Shown in pieces: positions 21,739 to 25,092 of a stretch of DNA of 25,092 bases. The position numbers and the translations under genes were made by a program. Source of the DNA: Amoebidium appalachense (Eukaryota > Protista > Ichthyosporea); NCBI GenBank assembly GCA_963693365.1, contig CAVNZM010000056.1:1-25092 (forward strand), in the 5' to 3' direction. The notes beneath the pieces are model-generated. The model had not been told where the DNA came from, did no database searches, and worked only from the letters and a program-made list of their open reading frames with translations. How positions within the stretch are numbered: the stretch's first letter is position 1; every line of letters starts with the position of its first letter.

Positions 21739-22399
21739 GTGTCGTCGTGGATGGCACCATGCACTTGCCTGGCTCGGCTGGCTCCTCCTCCTCCCACGCC
21801 TGCAGCTCGTGGTCGGCACGCACGTCCAGCACCTTCCCCTGGAATGCCATCAGGCTGCGCCCGTTGTCCCTCCACCAGTTGGGGTCCCGCAAAACCTCGT
21901 CCACCCTAAGCGAGCCGTCGCGTGGATCGTACTGCACGAAGTCCGCGACGTCCAGATCCAGGACAAACAGCTGCGTCTGCACCTGCGCCAGGTAGTGTCC
22001 CGGGATCTCCTGCCCCTCCATGAACCTGCGCCTGTAGGGCACCTTGATCTCCACCACGCGCCCACAGAACGTCACCCGGTCCGGACTCGCGCCCAGCCAC
22101 CGATGCACGGGGTGCCGCACCAGCCCGAGGGAGAAACACGACCGGCCTGTGCTCCGGGCGTACGCATCAGCCGCCTCATCCTCGTACTTGTGGCCGAACG
22201 CAACAAAGACAGGGTCCACGCAGCGCCTCTCCAGGCCCGCCTTGTGCCGTATAAGGTCCTGGCGGGTCTCGTATGGGTTGACCCCCAGAGCCGCACCCAC
22301 GTCGGAGGCAGTCAGCATGCAGGAGCGCTCCCGCAGCCATGCCTGGGAGCCCTGTGGGTACGGCAGCTCGTGCTGTTTCAGGCGCGAAATCAGGTCCAT
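21722..22399 (-). CDS. YqaJ-like viral recombinase / lambda-exonuclease family nuclease, 225 aa
   Basis: QGSQAWLRERSCMLTASDVGAALGVNPY, FGHKYEDEA, WLGASPDRV, VVEIKVP, HYLAQVQTQLFVLDLDVADFVQY: the full PD-(D/E)xK YqaJ motif set. The likely start is MDLISRL at 22399. Confidence 0.93.
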   Translation of the reverse strand: MDLISRLKQHELPYPQGSQAWLRERSCMLTASDVGAALGVNPYETRQDLIRHKAGLERRCVDPVFVAFGHKYEDEAADAYARSTGRSCFSLGLVRHPVHRWLGASPDRVTFCGRVVEIKVPYRRRFMEGQEIPGHYLAQVQTQLFVLDLDVADFVQYDPRDGSLRVDEVLRDPNWWRDNGRSLMAFQGKVLDVRADHELQAWEEEEPAEPGKCMVPSTTTLTGSS

Positions 22400-22427
22400 T
22401 GTGACGGGCACTGCCCGTGCGACTACT

Positions 22428-23138
22428 TTAATACCCGCGCGCATCCGCCTCCAGGGCGGCCGCAATAGACACCGCTATCCCAATAAACACCTCCCTGCCA
22501 TTCATGCGGTACCTGCGCCTCGTGACAATGCCTATCAAACACCCACGCATGTCCACAAGGGGCCCCCCCGAATTCCCACGGTCTACGGCCCCGCTGAACA
22601 CAAGTTCCTGCGTGGAACCCTGTATGTCCAAGAGCGTCCCCACACTGAACTGCACACCCCTGTATCCCGCAGGGAGCCCGATGGCCAGCACGGACATGCC
22701 AGGGGCAGCGGGGGGTGCGTAGTAGCGACAAAAGCGGTCGTCGTGCATCCCATGTGCGTATACCGAATGGAGGATGGCAAAGTCATGCTCAGCGCTCCTG
22801 TATCGCACAGTGGCGTTGGATACGGTGCCGTCCGGGAACACCACCGCCAGCTGGTCCGGGTGCCTGGTGGGGGGCCCGTGCGCACACGTCAGCACAAACA
22901 CTCCGTTGCCTGTCCCGTCCGGTATGTATGTCCCCGATGTCCAACCGACGCCCGTAACTGCATGCGTCACCCTCACAATGTGGCTGTGTGCGAGATGTGC
23001 AACATCGGGATAGCGGTCTATGTTGGCCACCCCTTCGTATGCAAACAGCACGTTTCCATCCCCAGAACCGTAGCGGGACAACGTCTGAGCACGTATCTTA
23101 CACCCAAGCACAAGCAAGAACAGACAAAAGACATGCAT
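22428..23138 (-). CDS. Secreted trypsin-like (S1/HtrA-like, no PDZ) serine protease, 236 aa
   Basis: Catalytic triad motifs LTCAHG, HDFAIL and GNSGGPLVD. Signal-peptide-like start MHVFCLFLLVLGCKIRA at 23138. Confidence 0.88.
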   Translation of the reverse strand: MHVFCLFLLVLGCKIRAQTLSRYGSGDGNVLFAYEGVANIDRYPDVAHLAHSHIVRVTHAVTGVGWTSGTYIPDGTGNGVFVLTCAHGPPTRHPDQLAVVFPDGTVSNATVRYRSAEHDFAILHSVYAHGMHDDRFCRYYAPPAAPGMSVLAIGLPAGYRGVQFSVGTLLDIQGSTQELVFSGAVDRGNSGGPLVDMRGCLIGIVTRRRYRMNGREVFIGIAVSIAAALEADARGY

Positions 23139-23207
23139 GTTCGCGGCAGGCAGTTCAGATGGGACTGGCCGTGCCGGCGCGATCCGGAGCGAAGTGAGGA
23201 AGCCACG

Positions 23208-23280
23208 TTTTATGCCAGCCAATCAGATCGGTCGACCCATGCCGACCAATCGGATCGCGCGCAACCGATTGAAAATCAGA
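23208..23280 (-). promoter_or_regulatory. Putative Pol II-type promoter of the protease gene: TATA-like box plus tandem CCAAT boxes
   Basis: CATAAAA on the - strand at 23214-23208, ~70 nt upstream of ATG 23138. CCAATC(A/G)GATCG occurs at 23219 and 23246, with a degenerate aatcaga at 23274. Confidence 0.4.
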
Positions 23281-23296
23281 TATAATTAGATCCAGA

Positions 23297-23662
23297 TCAA
23301 AACTCCGGTTCGGCTACGTCATGGATGTTTTTGCATGGCCGACCAGTTTCCCCGGGGCCGACATTGTAGCCACACCCTGAAGCCTTCGAGGTCGTGCGCA
23401 TCGGTGGGTCATACTTTGTGGTGGGAGCGCTTGGAGATGTGCGCTGCCTGTCACCATAAAAGCGGGAAGGCAGCACGAGGTACTTGGTGCGCCACTGCGT
23501 CCTGTACCGATGGCGCCTGCGCTCTCTGTCGCTGCGCGAGCTACGCCGCTTGGCCGGGTGTTTGTGGGTGTGCCTGCTTGAGCAACGTCTCTTTCCCTTG
23601 CGTTTCTTGCAGGTTTTAGCCGTGGAGGAGTGTCGCCGGCGGGTCATGGTTCTTGCATGCAT
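23297..23662 (-). CDS. Small highly basic (protamine-like N-terminus) protein, 121 aa
   Basis: aaaATG start; N-half TRRRHSSTAKTCKKRKGKRRCSSRHTHKHPAKRRSSRSDRERRRHRYR. Co-oriented with, and tiling between, its neighbours. Confidence 0.55.
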   Translation of the reverse strand: MHARTMTRRRHSSTAKTCKKRKGKRRCSSRHTHKHPAKRRSSRSDRERRRHRYRTQWRTKYLVLPSRFYGDRQRTSPSAPTTKYDPPMRTTSKASGCGYNVGPGETGRPCKNIHDVAEPEF

Positions 23663-23719
23663 TTTCGGCGCCGGCGCTCACCTTGCAGCCGAAACGCAAA
23701 CTCTGTTTTTAGGTTTTGT

Positions 23720-24757
23720 TCACTTTGCTGCCGAATACGGGAACGTCACGCCCTCACGCATGGTCATGTTGTCACGGTAGGTGTCGGGGTTGATGGTGGC
23801 TGCCTTCTGCTGGTCCTCTGCCATGCGTATGCGCTTCATGCTCTCCTCGAAGTCGTCCAGATCCAGCTCGCGCTTGCGGGAGAGCATCGCAGCAAAGTCC
23901 GCCGTCGGGCGAGCGTTGATGGCGGCACCCGACGCCGCAAGCAGCGCGTTGTTCTGCGCCTGCAGGCTGCTGTTGAACGCCTGCACCGACACCTGCTGCT
24001 GGAAGTTGCGCATGCGCGAGTACTCGTCGCGCTCGGCCGCCTCGAACATTGCCATGCGCTGCGAGACGTCCTCCTGCGCTTTGAACCATGGCAGCAGGAA
24101 GTTCTTCTCCATGGCGGCCTCCTGCTCCTTCAGGTGCTCGTTCTCGGCCTGCAGCCGGAAGTACTCGAGCTCGAGCTCCAGCAGGCACTGCTGCAGCAGC
24201 TTGATCTCGCGGTCGCGCTTGAGCACCTCCATCGAGTCCTTCGGGGTGCTCGCCCGCACCAGGTCGGCGAACTGGGCGGCCACCTTGTCGAAGGCGGGGT
24301 CCACGCGCGTCACAGCCTCGGCCATGGTGGCCGGCAGCACGGGGTGCCGTGCGTGCGTGCGGGGCCGGGTGAGCATCATGCTCCGGATGCCCGGGACCAT
24401 GGCCGTCACCAGATCGGCAAGCTCGTCTTTGTCGTAGGTTCTGTCGTTCGCGTGCTGCACAAACGACGTTGGTTTGGCAACCGGATACGGGATCGCGAAA
24501 GCCGGGGCAAAGAGCGGGAGCTTCAAAACGCGCCAATCCAGACCAGGAACCACCAGCGCCGGGGTCTGCCCTGAGTCATCCACGACCAGGTCCAAGGGGG
24601 TTTGAGGATCGCGGACCAGCCAAAGCTGGATGGCAAACAGGAGGCAGCGAAGCGATGAAACATTCGATTCGGAATAGTCTCTTGCCTCTTCTTTACTAAT
24701 AGGCCCCGGATTGAGGTCTATGGTAAGCAGACTTCGGGTGTACTCGTCCAGATCCAT
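23720..24757 (-). CDS. Hypothetical coiled-coil protein, 345 aa
   Basis: Likely start MDLDEYTRS at 24757, 1 nt after the upstream gene's stop. GC3-rich codons; heptad region LKRDREIKLLQQCLLELELEYFRLQAENEHLKEQE. Confidence 0.8.
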   Translation of the reverse strand: MDLDEYTRSLLTIDLNPGPISKEEARDYSESNVSSLRCLLFAIQLWLVRDPQTPLDLVVDDSGQTPALVVPGLDWRVLKLPLFAPAFAIPYPVAKPTSFVQHANDRTYDKDELADLVTAMVPGIRSMMLTRPRTHARHPVLPATMAEAVTRVDPAFDKVAAQFADLVRASTPKDSMEVLKRDREIKLLQQCLLELELEYFRLQAENEHLKEQEAAMEKNFLLPWFKAQEDVSQRMAMFEAAERDEYSRMRNFQQQVSVQAFNSSLQAQNNALLAASGAAINARPTADFAAMLSRKRELDLDDFEESMKRIRMAEDQQKAATINPDTYRDNMTMREGVTFPYSAAK

Positions 24758-24758
24758 T

Positions 24759-25092
24759 CTACCTGTAGCAAGCAAAATCGGTTGCGTCGACAGGTGACAA
24801 GAGCATGCCCTGGACCCATGCCAACAGGAGCATGACTGCATAGATGGTATGGGGTACGCTTGAGCTAAGCGCGTTCCAGTTTAACTTGTCGCCGGCATCC
24901 GCTAGAACAACTCTTTGTACATCAGCACGCGTGTCAAAAAACACCGCACCGTCATCGCCCCTCCCGACTGCACAAACAGACATTTGTTCGGCGAGGGTAC
25001 GTCTTGCCACCTGTAGGGCTCCCACCAGTGCACCAACCGTCAGGTCTTCAGCGGCAACAAGGAGGCCCTTGAACACATCCTGATCCCTTTCA
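24759..25092 (-). CDS. C-terminal part of a hypothetical protein (5'-partial)
   Basis: The frame is open to the window edge (ERDQDVFKGLL...FACYR*), and the stop abuts the next ATG (TAG-A-ATG). Confidence 0.6.
   Translation of the reverse strand, partial: ERDQDVFKGLLVAAEDLTVGALVGALQVARRTLAEQMSVCAVGRGDDGAVFFDTRADVQRVVLADAGDKLNWNALSSSVPHTIYAVMLLLAWVQGMLLSPVDATDFACYR

Larger units (their letters stand above)
17033..25092. mobile_element. Putative endogenous large dsDNA virus (giant-virus-like) segment, continuing past the window end
   Basis: Abrupt loss of introns, microsatellites and homopolymers. About 10 intronless ORFs with short intergenic gaps (1 nt between 24759 and 24757; 28 nt between protease and YqaJ). 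Gene content (YqaJ recombinase, DUF5760-like, Bro-N-like, trypsin-like protease, BTB protein, orphans) is typical of large eukaryotic dsDNA viruses. The left boundary is approximate (~16,600-17,200). Confidence 0.8.

Noticed and set aside
21809-23285. 219-aa and 413-aa + strand ORFs
   Set aside because: Antisense to YqaJ and the protease, which have clear catalytic motifs.
23630-24574. 314-aa + strand ORF and 254-aa alternate-frame ORF
   Set aside because: Shadows of the GC3-rich coiled-coil gene 23720-24757.
17206-25092. Bacterial or prophage contamination as the source of the gene-dense block
   Set aside because: No consistent Shine-Dalgarno sites were seen. Kozak-like starts, AATAAA signals, a BTB domain and a DUF5760-like gene point to a eukaryotic virus. 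A chimeric join is still not excluded without reads.

Overview
Eukaryotic genomic DNA with two sharply different halves. Bases 1-~15,050 are host-type DNA: a + strand, intron-rich arginyl-tRNA synthetase gene of the mitochondrial RARS2/fungal type. 17 exons could be reconstructed by hand; the 5' end lies upstream of the window and the stop is at 12983. Its introns are filled with poly-C/G runs and CA/GT microsatellites; one intron appears to be GC-AG, and there is one apparent homopolymer frameshift. An intronless PNRC/Edc1-type decapping-activator gene follows on the - strand (15483-16133). From ~17,030 to the window end the sequence switches abruptly to intronless, tightly packed, microsatellite-free ORFs. 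These are a Bro-N/antirepressor-like protein, a propeller-like+BTB protein, a DUF5760-like protein, a YqaJ/lambda-exonuclease-type recombinase, a secreted trypsin-like protease, two small very basic proteins and several orphans. This block is best read as the left edge of an endogenized large dsDNA virus (giant-virus-like element), with a GC-rich multi-hairpin tract at the apparent junction. No capsid, PolB or packaging ATPase gene lies inside the window, so the viral lineage is not established. All family calls come from motif recognition by eye, not from database searches.
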